Origin: Leptospira sp.
Lineage (GTDB): Bacteria > Spirochaetota > Leptospiria > Leptospirales > Leptospiraceae
Direction of reading: 5' to 3'
DNA length: 64,000 nucleotides
Assembly: GCA_020831715.1 (NCBI GenBank)
Contig: JAFIGA010000189.1
Span: 11,853-75,852 of the forward strand
Part shown: in pieces, positions 1-9,513 of the stretch
Numbering within the stretch: position 1 is the stretch's first letter
Layout: every line of letters begins with the position of its first letter
Program-made: the position numbers and the translations under genes
Notes under the pieces: model-generated
Database searches by the model: none
Seen by the model: the letters and a program-made list of their open reading frames with translations, nothing else
Told to the model about the DNA's origin: nothing

Positions 1-1838
1 TCCATTTTACTTATATTAGTCCTAAAGTGGAATCCATATTCGGTATTGATATTCATTTAGCTTATGAAAAAGGAAGGCATGCTTTTCCTGTTCATCCTGA
101 AGATAAAGAGGAATGGAAAGCCAGCTTAATTAAAAGTATGGAAACAGTCTCTCCTTGGAATCATAATGCGAGATTGCTTTTTGAAGATGGAAGAATTGTT
201 CATTGGGAAGCCCATGCCTCTGTAATGAAAAGAGAAGATGGCTCAATTATATTTGATGGAGTGCTTTTGAACACCACTCAGGAAAAAGAGCAAGAACAGA
301 TTGCCAACAAGATACGAGAAGAGTTTAGAAACACAGTTAATAATGTAATTGCTGTCGTATACAAACTTAAGCGTTTGGAAGATGGAGAATATGAATATGT
401 TTTCAATGATGGATTCATCGGAGAATCACTTGGAATCACAACGGAAAAAGTAGTAGGTCATACTCTTAAAGAAATTTGCGGAGAAGAAGAAGCCATTAAA
501 CTTAGAAAAGAATACGATCAGGCTTTCTTTGGAAGTGCAGTAGAAACGGAATTTACTTTTCGTGATAGATGGTATTTTTCAAGAATTGTTCCTTATTTTG
601 AAGATGGAAAAACAATAGGAATAACTGGGTCTGCTATTGATATAACAGAAAAAAAACAATTAGAAACCAGGTTCCTACAATCGCAAAAAATGGAAACTAT
701 TGGATATTTAGCCGGAGGCATTGCGCATGATTTGAACAATATGCTGCAACCAATCTTCATCTACTCTAAGATACTTAAAGATGAATGGAAGGAAAGGAAT
801 CAAGAGGAAAAATCTCTGGATAAAATCGATAAGATCTTGGCTTCCGTAGAAAGAGCTAAAAAACTAGTTGTTCAGATTTTAGACTTTTCACGTAACAATT
901 CAAATCCCAATGATAAAAAAGAAAACCTTCCGTTAAAGAAATCTATAGAAGACAATCTGAATTTATTATTACTCGATATCCCCTGCAATATCAGTAAGAA
1001 AATTGATTTAAGAATCGCAACAGAAACTTACTTCCATATGGATCCTGTTAAGTTTACTCAAGTTTTAATGAATTTAATTAACAATGCAATTCATTCAATG
1101 GAAAATCGAGAGAATTCTTTCATTGAAATTATAGGCTATCCTGTAAATGATTTACCATCGGATTGGAATGCAAAATTAAAAACAAAACATAATTCCGGTC
1201 ATATTATAGAAATCCGCGATACGGGAATTGGAATTGATTCAGAAAAAATGAAACAAATATTTGACCCATTCTTCACTGGCAAACCTTCCGGTGAAGGATT
1301 GGGTTTAGGTCTCTCTATTGTTTATGGGATAATGGAAAATTCGGAAGGAAGCATAGAAGTTATTTCTAAATTAAATGAAGGAACAACCTTCAGGCTCTTC
1401 TTTCCAACATTCAATGAAAATATCGAAAAGAATTCATCTGAGAAGGTTATCGAAACATCCAAGGCGATAGGCTTTACCGGAGAAGTTCTATTGGTAGATG
1501 ATGATGAATTTACCAAAGAATCTATTCAAGACTTGCTCGAGATAAAATCTATACCTTTCCGGACTTTTGATGAGGCGACACAAGGAATAGAATATTTCAA
1601 GGAAAACTCTTCCGAAATTTCTTTAATCATCACAGATTATAAAATGCCAAAAATGACAGGAGTAGAATTCGTAGAAAAAATCCGAAATCTCAACAAAGAA
1701 GTTCCCATAATTCTTTATACGGGGAATACACTCCCTATTTCAGATAAATTCCTCCAAGATAACCAAGTTACCCTTTTAGAAAAACCATTGGATGTAAATT
1801 TTCTTCTAAAAAATATCGAAAATCTCAGGAAAAAATAG
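1..1838 (+). CDS. PAS-domain hybrid sensor histidine kinase/response regulator (5' end cut by window edge)
   Basis: The frame is open from base 3, upstream of the GTG at 27 (..FTYISPKVESIFGID.. looks like a PAS core), so the gene starts outside the window. H-box GGIAHDLNNML, N-box NLINNAIHS, G1 IRDTGIGI, G2 GEGLGLGLS, then a C-terminal receiver (VLLVDDDE .. ITDYKMPKMTG .. LEKP). Confidence 0.9.
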   Translation, partial: HFTYISPKVESIFGIDIHLAYEKGRHAFPVHPEDKEEWKASLIKSMETVSPWNHNARLLFEDGRIVHWEAHASVMKREDGSIIFDGVLLNTTQEKEQEQIANKIREEFRNTVNNVIAVVYKLKRLEDGEYEYVFNDGFIGESLGITTEKVVGHTLKEICGEEEAIKLRKEYDQAFFGSAVETEFTFRDRWYFSRIVPYFEDGKTIGITGSAIDITEKKQLETRFLQSQKMETIGYLAGGIAHDLNNMLQPIFIYSKILKDEWKERNQEEKSLDKIDKILASVERAKKLVVQILDFSRNNSNPNDKKENLPLKKSIEDNLNLLLLDIPCNISKKIDLRIATETYFHMDPVKFTQVLMNLINNAIHSMENRENSFIEIIGYPVNDLPSDWNAKLKTKHNSGHIIEIRDTGIGIDSEKMKQIFDPFFTGKPSGEGLGLGLSIVYGIMENSEGSIEVISKLNEGTTFRLFFPTFNENIEKNSSEKVIETSKAIGFTGEVLLVDDDEFTKESIQDLLEIKSIPFRTFDEATQGIEYFKENSSEISLIITDYKMPKMTGVEFVEKIRNLNKEVPIILYTGNTLPISDKFLQDNQVTLLEKPLDVNFLLKNIENLRKK

Positions 1839-1872
1839 TGAAAATTTCAGCTAATCCCTGAGTCTGATTTAT

Positions 1873-2127
1873 ATGAGTAAGATTCTTACTATTACACCAA
1901 TTCGTGCCGTTCAATCCTTCATAGATGCCAAAAAAGAGGGTATCGATCCACCCCCGGAAAGCATTGAAGTCATTAAGAACTATAAAAAATGGAAACCGAG
2001 CGAACTGATTGGATTGCAAAATGCATCTGCATACTATCCGGAAATTTATTTTGAAGAGAATATGGATAAGAATATTGATTCAATCATTGCTTCCTACAAA
2101 GCCAGAGAAGTAAAACACAAATTCTAA
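1873..2127 (+). CDS. hypothetical small protein (84 aa)
   Basis: ATG start. The stop TAA (2125-2127) directly abuts the ATG of the next ORF (TAAATG), suggesting translational coupling. No domain recognised. Confidence 0.5.
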   Translation: MSKILTITPIRAVQSFIDAKKEGIDPPPESIEVIKNYKKWKPSELIGLQNASAYYPEIYFEENMDKNIDSIIASYKAREVKHKF

Positions 2128-3261
2128 ATGTCCGATTCTAAAATAATTTACCAAGAAACCAATCCTTATTCCTCTTTCACCGCATTCTTAGAGGAAGACA
2201 GTAGAACCGTTTATCTCTATCTACAATGCGAGAACAATCCTGAATGGGGAATCAAGTCTCTTTGGATTCGCAATCTCATACCTGCTCCCGAAGAAAGGAA
2301 TCCCGAAGACTTCGGTCAGGGTTTGGCGCCTGTACTCACTAATCAGGAATTATTTCAATCGGAGGGAATGCCCTCTATCCAGGCTAATGATGTTCATTTT
2401 GTATGGACAGAAGAAGGTGATGCAGTCTTCCTTTTCTTAAACGATCAGATGGAAGCCTTTCTTCCTGCATGGTCAGGAATCAAAGAATTTCATGGTTATG
2501 CTAGAGGGGCAAAAGAAATAGCTATCACTGCAAGCCCATTAGGTGATCCTAATACCGGTGTTCTCTATGATCGAATGATTGCATCTCGAAATTATTGGGA
2601 ATCCCGTGCAGAAAAAGATTCCTGGTCGAAGATACAAAAGTTACGACTTAACTATCTGGAGTCAAAATTCGGAACCCATAAAAAATACTGGTCTGCGGAT
2701 GGAGGAAAATTTCCTCAATTGGGTATAGCCTTATTCACACCGGATCATATGCCTGGAGTTAAAGTTTTTTCTACAGTAGGTATGAGTGCTCAAAATCAGC
2801 CGACCATAGAATTATACCATAAAGAATATGAAAAATTTTCTCGTGTAGAGCTTCTACTCGCTTTTCGAATTCCTGAACATTCTGATCGGTCGGAAGAGTG
2901 GGTTCAGCATTTAATTGGAGAAATGATAAAATTTCCCTGGAATACCGGGAAATGGTTTGGGCATGGTCATACACTTCAGATGAATCGAAAAGATCCTGAT
3001 CAGTTGTACCTCGACTTCAATACATGCCTACTCCGTAACATAAGCCATCCGGATTTCTACTCTTGCTTTGAGGAACTCCCAAACTTGGGATCTCTGGAAT
3101 CGGAAAATGGAAATCCTGTCAATTTTCTTGTATTGATACCGATATCCGAAGAAGAAAAAATCATATCTCAAACGGAAGGATCTGCGAAAGTCTTAGCCAA
3201 ATTGGACGAGCTGGGGATGGGCTGGATACACGATCCGGAGAGAAAATTTTTATTTGAATGA
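2128..3261 (+). CDS. hypothetical protein with SUFU-like (immunity-type) C-terminal domain and DUF2251-like N-terminal half
   Basis: The C-terminal half (KVFSTVGMSAQNQP .. RVELLLAF .. EEWVQHLIGEMIKFPW .. WFGHGHTL) matches my recollection of bacterial SUFU-family proteins. The N-terminal half (FTAFLEEDSRTVYLYL .. DVHFVWTEEGDAVFLFLND) resembles DUF2251-type proteins. Both domain calls are from recall, not a search. Confidence 0.55.
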   Translation: MSDSKIIYQETNPYSSFTAFLEEDSRTVYLYLQCENNPEWGIKSLWIRNLIPAPEERNPEDFGQGLAPVLTNQELFQSEGMPSIQANDVHFVWTEEGDAVFLFLNDQMEAFLPAWSGIKEFHGYARGAKEIAITASPLGDPNTGVLYDRMIASRNYWESRAEKDSWSKIQKLRLNYLESKFGTHKKYWSADGGKFPQLGIALFTPDHMPGVKVFSTVGMSAQNQPTIELYHKEYEKFSRVELLLAFRIPEHSDRSEEWVQHLIGEMIKFPWNTGKWFGHGHTLQMNRKDPDQLYLDFNTCLLRNISHPDFYSCFEELPNLGSLESENGNPVNFLVLIPISEEEKIISQTEGSAKVLAKLDELGMGWIHDPERKFLFE

Positions 3262-3310
3262 ATTTTCCCTATCTTGAAGCGACTCATTTCTGCCGTAGAT
3301 AAAAAGGAAG

Positions 3311-3901
3311 ATGGAAACTTATACAAAATACAACAACCTTGACTTTGAGAGATTTTCGATGGATCGAATAATTGATTCCCTTGAGGATTCGCAAGGATTC
3401 ATTTTATCCAGTGTTTTCCAGAAAAAATATTCGTTAGATGTCAACCTCAAGAGACATGAAGATATGAAAAACTGGATGACTTCAAAAGATTTAAAATTCA
3501 TAGTTTTAGATGGTGTTCAAAAAGTTGTCGATAAAGAAGAAGAAAAAGTATATGATTATTCTATTCTCTACACTCTTACATTCTTCAATTCAGAACAGAT
3601 GGAAGGAATGGAATTTTATAGTCTAGCTCAGATTCTCATAAAACGTTATGACCTACATAATATTATCCTAAAGAACCCCTCTTCCAAAGAATTGGAATCT
3701 TGGAATAGGGATTTTCAGAAAAAAACATTTAGAAATATTACAAGCAACAATATGGCTGCTTTGATTGAAAGTTTTTTCAAAGGGTTGAATAAGAAGAAAG
3801 ATAAATTCTATTTTCTAGGTATAGAAAGACCTGAAATCCTTAGCAAAGGGCCTCTCTTCCGACCAATTATAAGAAAAGAATCTAACCGAGCAATTGCTTA
3901 G
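3311..3901 (+). CDS. hypothetical protein (196 aa)
   Basis: Long ORF with an AAGGAAG Shine-Dalgarno just upstream of the ATG. No family recognised. Confidence 0.55.
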   Translation: METYTKYNNLDFERFSMDRIIDSLEDSQGFILSSVFQKKYSLDVNLKRHEDMKNWMTSKDLKFIVLDGVQKVVDKEEEKVYDYSILYTLTFFNSEQMEGMEFYSLAQILIKRYDLHNIILKNPSSKELESWNRDFQKKTFRNITSNNMAALIESFFKGLNKKKDKFYFLGIERPEILSKGPLFRPIIRKESNRAIA

Positions 3902-3910
3902 ATAAAAATC

Positions 3911-4738
3911 TCAAGTATGTTTATGTGCACCGGGCATAGTGTTCGGTGCAATTCCAAGTTCTACAGCCCTTTCCTTGCGAATCAATGAATAGTCTTTTTT
4001 AGAGTTGAATTTTGCGTCTACCTTCCATGCAAAAATTGGAATATCTCCCGTAGATGCAAGATTGCTAAGTATTGCGATCTCTTGCTCTGTTTCCCTTTTA
4101 AAAACAAATGGATTGCGAAATTTACCTGATTCCATCTGCACATAATTCTTATCATTGCATTCAATCATTTTTAGAATTTCTAACCCTCTATTTTCGATAT
4201 AGGTAAGGAATTCTTCACCAAAAGGATTGTATTCTACCTCTTCTCCAATTTCTACACGCTTACGATTCCATTTGCACCAGTCGAATCCATACAAAAAATC
4301 GTGGATATATCGGAATTGAATCTTAGATTTAGAACCAAATATTTCCATTATATGTCTAACTCGTCTTTCTAAATCCTCTAACCACTTTTTCTTTTCAACA
4401 AAAGTATTCCTTTCTATTAACTGCCGATAAACATGACAAAATAAAAAATCCATGTCCCAATAGATATTTTCCGGATAATTTTCTATGATTGCATTTAAAC
4501 ACCCATGGAAAAATGAATGAATCAATTCTATATCCTCAACATTTGGTGTTTCGGAAGAAATATAGTTTAGCAATTCTCGAAAACTTGTGGGAGTTTCTTT
4601 CTGTGGATTCAGACTTTTTGGATGAATACCCAAGTCTAGAGTCATCCTGTTCAATTCTACGAACTTATCGAGCAAATCATTCGGTAAGGTATGAGAATTA
4701 AAAGAGGAATGTAGATATTGATCGGAAGAAGATTTCAT
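3911..4738 (-). CDS. hypothetical protein, co-transcribed with UbiA-type prenyltransferase
   Basis: 275-aa ORF starting 9 nt downstream of the prenyltransferase stop on the same strand. His/Trp-rich blocks (HSFFHGCL, IYWDMDFLFCHVY, RYIHDFLYGFDWCKW). No family recognised. Confidence 0.55.
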   Translation of the reverse strand: MKSSSDQYLHSSFNSHTLPNDLLDKFVELNRMTLDLGIHPKSLNPQKETPTSFRELLNYISSETPNVEDIELIHSFFHGCLNAIIENYPENIYWDMDFLFCHVYRQLIERNTFVEKKKWLEDLERRVRHIMEIFGSKSKIQFRYIHDFLYGFDWCKWNRKRVEIGEEVEYNPFGEEFLTYIENRGLEILKMIECNDKNYVQMESGKFRNPFVFKRETEQEIAILSNLASTGDIPIFAWKVDAKFNSKKDYSLIRKERAVELGIAPNTMPGAHKHT

Positions 4739-4747
4739 TTTTATAGT

Positions 4748-5665
4748 TTAGAGAAAAATCAGATGCACTGATAAGATAAGAATAGAACCCCAGATCGCAT
4801 TGTGCAAATACTTTTTAAATAATTTCTGCTCAATAAATGCATTGGTTATCGCTCGCGGGGAAACACGATTCATTCGATTTAAATTATAAAGTAAGAATAG
4901 CAAGACCAAGCCAATGACCCAATTTTGAAATAAATTGTAGAAAAACGGCAGAAAAGCCAAAACCAATATGGCAAATCCTACCAAAATAAAAATTCCCATT
5001 CTAGCATAGGAATTCCCAAAAACTGTCACAAATGTAATTTTACCACCTTGCCTATCACTTGCTTCATCGCTAAGACCACTTGCCAGAGCACTGCTTAACG
5101 AAAGTAAAATATAAAATACTACAACAGGAAGATAAAGAGTATCAGTGAAATCAAGTGTAAGAATGTAATAATTATAGAAAGGAAGAACCAAGCCAACGCC
5201 AAATCCTTCCAGTATCTCCCCTCCACCTCGATAATTCAGGCGAATTGGAGGAAATGAATAAATAAAGAAAAATACAAAACAACACAATCCAATCACAAAA
5301 GAAATCCAAGATGAAATGATAATACCTATGATAACATTCACGATAATTCCCAGAACAAAGAATACCAAACCTGCTCTCAAAAGATGTTGAGCGGGAAGAA
5401 TAGCATCCGGTATTGTTTTCAGTGACTCCTTTGGAAATAATTTCCTTTTTAAGGCATCGATTTCTCTGTCTGCATAATCATTTAAAAAAACTATATATAG
5501 TAATAAAAAAATGGTAAATAAAAATCCCAATCCAACCATTAACAAGGAATATTCTTGATTCTTATGAATACCAATAGAGATGCCCAAAATATACGCGACC
5601 AATAATTTGGGCCAGCTCATTATCTTGGATGCGAAGATCCATTTCTGAAAAGTTGTTTCCATCAA
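4748..5665 (-). CDS. UbiA/MenA-family aromatic prenyltransferase (paralog 1)
   Basis: Polytopic membrane protein. First Asp-rich motif LNDYADREIDA and second motif LSDEASDRQGGKITF are typical of the UbiA superfamily. Confidence 0.8.
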   Translation of the reverse strand: MMETTFQKWIFASKIMSWPKLLVAYILGISIGIHKNQEYSLLMVGLGFLFTIFLLLYIVFLNDYADREIDALKRKLFPKESLKTIPDAILPAQHLLRAGLVFFVLGIIVNVIIGIIISSWISFVIGLCCFVFFFIYSFPPIRLNYRGGGEILEGFGVGLVLPFYNYYILTLDFTDTLYLPVVVFYILLSLSSALASGLSDEASDRQGGKITFVTVFGNSYARMGIFILVGFAILVLAFLPFFYNLFQNWVIGLVLLFLLYNLNRMNRVSPRAITNAFIEQKLFKKYLHNAIWGSILILSVHLIFL

Positions 5666-5725
5666 TACGGTCTAAGATGAAGTGAATCTATTGATTGAAA
5701 ATCACATTTTTTAATACCATACCAA

Positions 5726-6427
5726 ATGCTAGAATTAAGTTCCATTTCCAAAAACTACAATGGTATCCCCATTTTAAGAGAGATATCTTTTTCGATACAA
5801 AAAGGAGAGATTCTAGCAATATTGGGTCCCAATGGTTCCGGAAAAACCACACTTTATAAGATACTCTCAGGTATGATTCAGTCCAACCAAGGTAGCATAA
5901 GCTACAACGGAAAATCCACAGACCAATACTTTCTAAGATCCATATCCGGATATTGTCCTCAGAATATCATAGCATGGAAAAATTTAAAACTGAGAGAACA
6001 GTTGGAATATCTTACCAAAATTCAACGAAATCCTATCGACTCTCCCCTCAAACAAATAGATAAGCTTTTGGAATTACTCAATCTTAGGGAAGTTTCAAAA
6101 ATGTTCATACATGAGATATCCGGAGGAATGCAGAAGAGATTTGCCATAGCGATGAGTCTGATAAGATCTCCCAAGATATTAATTTTGGATGAGCCAACCA
6201 ATGGATTGGATATTCATAGTAAAATTTCCATTCGAAATTTACTGAATAATTTAATTTCAGAAAATAAAATAACTATACTTATATCAAGTCATGATCTAGT
6301 TGAGATTCAGAAGCTGACAGATCGCTTCTTTTTTCTAAAAAAAGGAAGCTTGATAACACAAATCAATGGAGATACATCTACTGATCTGGAAAATTTATAC
6401 TTGAATATTTATAGAGATGAGAATTGA
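5726..6427 (+). CDS. ABC transporter ATP-binding protein
   Basis: Walker A GPNGSGKTT, signature ISGGMQKR, Walker B ILILDEPTNGLD, H-loop SSHD. Confidence 0.9.
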   Translation: MLELSSISKNYNGIPILREISFSIQKGEILAILGPNGSGKTTLYKILSGMIQSNQGSISYNGKSTDQYFLRSISGYCPQNIIAWKNLKLREQLEYLTKIQRNPIDSPLKQIDKLLELLNLREVSKMFIHEISGGMQKRFAIAMSLIRSPKILILDEPTNGLDIHSKISIRNLLNNLISENKITILISSHDLVEIQKLTDRFFFLKKGSLITQINGDTSTDLENLYLNIYRDEN

Positions 6428-7198
6428 ATGATACCGACAATTTTTCGCATTATTAATCAGATTAGGCGAAGTCCCCTAAATACAATTTTAAGTTTATGCA
6501 CGACTCCATTTGTATTGATTGCTTTTCATATTGCTACAAAATATTCCATTGATAACAATACAAACCTTGATCTACAGATTTTCATTCCTCGTCTAGTCAT
6601 ACTATCACTAGTTATGAGCATATTTCCGGTCGCCATGGCTATCACCGAAGAATTAGAATCTCAATGTAATCTTCACATGCGAATGGCAGGTATGAATTCC
6701 GGACAGATTCTACTCGGATTGGCTATCCCCTATTACTTCATAGGATTTATTAGTTCTGTTATGTCAATTATCGTTGCGTTATTGATCGGATTGAAAATTT
6801 ATAATTACCAATTATTAGTAGGAGTTATATTTTTAGGATTAATTCCCCTGGTAGGGATAGGAGTTTTAATTGGGGCTATATCCAGAAATAGTTTACAGTC
6901 ATTTTTTCTATCTAGCTTGATTATGTTCTTGATGATTGTATTTTCCGGTTTACTGTTTCCGGCACCTTCTATAAAATTGTTTTCTATCCTCGAACAATCT
7001 GTCGATTTATTTTTTTTCTTGCCTACAGCTTCCATTCAATATCTTTTTATGGAATGTTTTGGTAGTTCAGAGTCTATTTTTTTTAGAGACTTAGTTTTCC
7101 ACATTCTTATTCTCATTCTTTTATCAGTTATCTACATTGGATTGGCATTTGCTATTTACGAAAAAAATGAAGCTTATTTTCTGGAGAATAGCATATGA
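6428..7198 (+). CDS. ABC-2 type transporter permease
   Basis: All-membrane protein with about 6 hydrophobic segments. Its ATG abuts the ATPase stop (TGAATG at 6425-6430). Permease role is inferred from context and size. Confidence 0.7.
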   Translation: MIPTIFRIINQIRRSPLNTILSLCTTPFVLIAFHIATKYSIDNNTNLDLQIFIPRLVILSLVMSIFPVAMAITEELESQCNLHMRMAGMNSGQILLGLAIPYYFIGFISSVMSIIVALLIGLKIYNYQLLVGVIFLGLIPLVGIGVLIGAISRNSLQSFFLSSLIMFLMIVFSGLLFPAPSIKLFSILEQSVDLFFFLPTASIQYLFMECFGSSESIFFRDLVFHILILILLSVIYIGLAFAIYEKNEAYFLENSI

Positions 7199-8067
7199 AT
7201 TTTATTCGAACTATTTTAAATTGGATTCAAGCTTCTCGGCTACCCTCACAGTTATATATCTTCCTACCGTTGGTTTTGGGTCAGGCAATTGGATATCAAG
7301 AATCTGAGTGGAATATTACAAATTTAATCCAACTAACTCTGTATGGAATTTTTATCCAACTCTTTATTATATACGCGAACGATTATGCCGATCAAGAGAC
7401 GGATTCTTTGAATGAGACCTATACAATTTTTTCCGGTGGATCTCGTGTTTTGGTAGAAGGAAAAATTAAACCCAGTCATATCCGATATGCATCCTATTTT
7501 ATGGCATTGCTGAGTTTTCTTATTACTCTATCTCTAGCATATCAAGGATATCTACTATCACCAATATTTTGGTTTTTAGGAATTCTTCTATTATGGATGT
7601 ATTCCTATCCACCATTTAAATTATCCTATCGTGGAGGTGGAGAGTTCCTACAAGCAATAGGTCTTGGAATAGTTCTTCCGTTTTTTGGTTTCTATATAGC
7701 AACCGGAACTATCTCATCATATCCTTGGGAAATTTTAACAATTCTACTTCCCACACAAATCGCCTGTGCAATCACAACTTCTTTACCGGATCAAATCTCT
7801 GATCGGATCTCTCTAAAAAAAACCTTTTCAGTTTTGTATGGAAATATTTATGCGAAGTTAATAATACTCGCATTGCAATGTGTTGCACTGTTTTTTTGCT
7901 TCTATTTGGAGTTTGGAATATTCTATATAGCATGGTTTTTGGTTTCGATTTCAATAATCTGGTTGGATGGAATTCCTGGAACTAAGAGATTGAATTTCTT
8001 TATATTCTTTCAATTATTTGCTACCTTAAGTATTGAATCGCAACTTATTTTACATTATCTGATTTAA
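7195..8067 (+). CDS. UbiA/MenA-family prenyltransferase (paralog 2)
   Basis: NDYADQETDS and LPDQISDR motifs. The block YSYPPFKLSYRGGGEFLQAIGLGIVLPFFGFY is close to YSFPPIRLNYRGGGEILEGFGVGLVLPFYNYY in the 4748-5665 product. The ATG overlaps the permease stop (ATGA at 7195-7198). Confidence 0.8.
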   Translation: MNFIRTILNWIQASRLPSQLYIFLPLVLGQAIGYQESEWNITNLIQLTLYGIFIQLFIIYANDYADQETDSLNETYTIFSGGSRVLVEGKIKPSHIRYASYFMALLSFLITLSLAYQGYLLSPIFWFLGILLLWMYSYPPFKLSYRGGGEFLQAIGLGIVLPFFGFYIATGTISSYPWEILTILLPTQIACAITTSLPDQISDRISLKKTFSVLYGNIYAKLIILALQCVALFFCFYLEFGIFYIAWFLVSISIIWLDGIPGTKRLNFFIFFQLFATLSIESQLILHYLI

Positions 8068-8072
8068 AAATT

Positions 8073-8801
8073 ATGTGGTCCTCGATTCTTTCTTACAATT
8101 TTCTCATTCTATCAATTATACTCCTCATTCCTGTTTGTATAATTTTCTTAGTCAGAAAAGATTTAAGAATCGTAATGATTCGTATGGGATTGATTGGGAT
8201 TCCTTTTGCTTTCACTGAGAATTTGTTCTATCCGGATTATTGGGAACCTAAATCTCTGGGAAATCTTATTGAAAGATGGGGATTTGGATTGGAAGACTTT
8301 CTATTTGTTTTCGGTTTAGCATGTCTAACAGCTACCATATATCCGGCTATTTTTCAAAAAAAATTGGAGCCTCTAGAAAAATTCTCGGATGTGTTCTCGT
8401 CCTCCGAGTCACCTGCAAGAATATTTTCAATTATTGGATTATTCTTTTTCATTGTGTTTCTTATGGTCTTGGTTCTTGTTGTTTCCAAAATCCCTATGAT
8501 CTATGGATCATTTGTCATTATGATTGGAATGGGAATTATCATGTTATGGTTTCGGAGAGATCTTTTAATTCCGGGGTTACTTGGAGGTATATCTACAACA
8601 ATTGTTTATACAATTATTTGTTTGTTCTTATTGGCTATCTATCCCGGAATTTTTCAATTCACCTGGCACACAGAAAAATTCATGAATATATATCTATTAA
8701 GTGTCCCGTTGGAAGAAATTCTCTATGGATTTTCTGCGGGTTTTAGCGGAACAATATTTTATCCGAGTTTATTCAGACTTAGATTTATTCTTAATCATTG
8801 A
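8073..8801 (+). CDS. lycopene cyclase domain-containing membrane protein (fused two-half type)
   Basis: 242-aa polytopic protein. It has acidic motifs GLEDFLFVFG in the first half and SVPLEEILYGF (PxEE) in the second, as in CrtYc/CrtYd-type cyclase domains. It starts 5 nt after the UbiA paralog. Confidence 0.65.
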   Translation: MWSSILSYNFLILSIILLIPVCIIFLVRKDLRIVMIRMGLIGIPFAFTENLFYPDYWEPKSLGNLIERWGFGLEDFLFVFGLACLTATIYPAIFQKKLEPLEKFSDVFSSSESPARIFSIIGLFFFIVFLMVLVLVVSKIPMIYGSFVIMIGMGIIMLWFRRDLLIPGLLGGISTTIVYTIICLFLLAIYPGIFQFTWHTEKFMNIYLLSVPLEEILYGFSAGFSGTIFYPSLFRLRFILNH

Positions 8802-9419
8802 ATAGAGATTGTTGATTTCTTTTTGTTGCGTTTCAATTTTTTCTAGGAGAACATTGATAACTTTGGCAACAGGATCAGGCATCTCACCATGATCCAACAT
8901 GCCCACATCTTCACCGTTTGATGTTCGAACAATTTTACCGGGAATACCAACCACCGTACAGCCCTTTGGAACATTCTGCATAACAACTGATCCGGCACCA
9001 ATTCTCGAATTTTCTCCAATAGTAATATTCCCCAAAACCTTTGCTCCTGCCCCCACAACTACATTTCTCTTGAGAGTTGGATGCCTCTTACCTGATTCTT
9101 TTCCTGTTCCACCGAGAGTAACACCTTGATAGATGAGACAACCTTCTTCGATGATCGCAGTCTGACCGATAACCACTCCCTGACCATGATCAATCATAAT
9201 TCCATTTGCAATCTGAGCACCGGGATGGATATCAATCCCGGTAAACATTCTTGTAAAATAGTTTATAATTCTAGGAAGTAGAGGAATTTTTATAAAAAAA
9301 AGAAAATGCGCTAATTTATGAAGCCAAAGAGCATGAAGCCCCGGGTAGCATAGTACAATTTCAATATAGGATCGAGCTGCCGGGTCAAAATTTCGAATAG
9401 CTTTTATATTCTTAAACAT
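8769..9419 (-). CDS. cysE: serine O-acetyltransferase
   Basis: Hexapeptide-repeat left-handed beta-helix string DIHPGAQIANGIMIDHGQGVVIGQTAIIEEGCLIYQGVTLGGTGKESGKRHPTLKRNVVVGAGAKVLG, preceded by the short SAT N-terminal helix region. Confidence 0.9.
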   Translation of the reverse strand: MFKNIKAIRNFDPAARSYIEIVLCYPGLHALWLHKLAHFLFFIKIPLLPRIINYFTRMFTGIDIHPGAQIANGIMIDHGQGVVIGQTAIIEEGCLIYQGVTLGGTGKESGKRHPTLKRNVVVGAGAKVLGNITIGENSRIGAGSVVMQNVPKGCTVVGIPGKIVRTSNGEDVGMLDHGEMPDPVAKVINVLLEKIETQQKEINNLYSMIKNKSKSE

Positions 9420-9513
9420 TTTACTTTATATATATTCGACAGAAAGAAATGAATCCGCGGTGAAATAATACTTGATTTCTTCTTTCTGTCATTTAGCATC
9501 AAGAAAGCAAGCT

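Noticed and set aside
8276-8746. 156-aa same-strand ORF in another frame inside the lycopene-cyclase-domain gene
   Set aside because: It is fully nested. Its translation is Cys/Trp/Ile-rich and without motifs, whereas the 8073-8801 frame gives clean TM helices and the PLEE motif.
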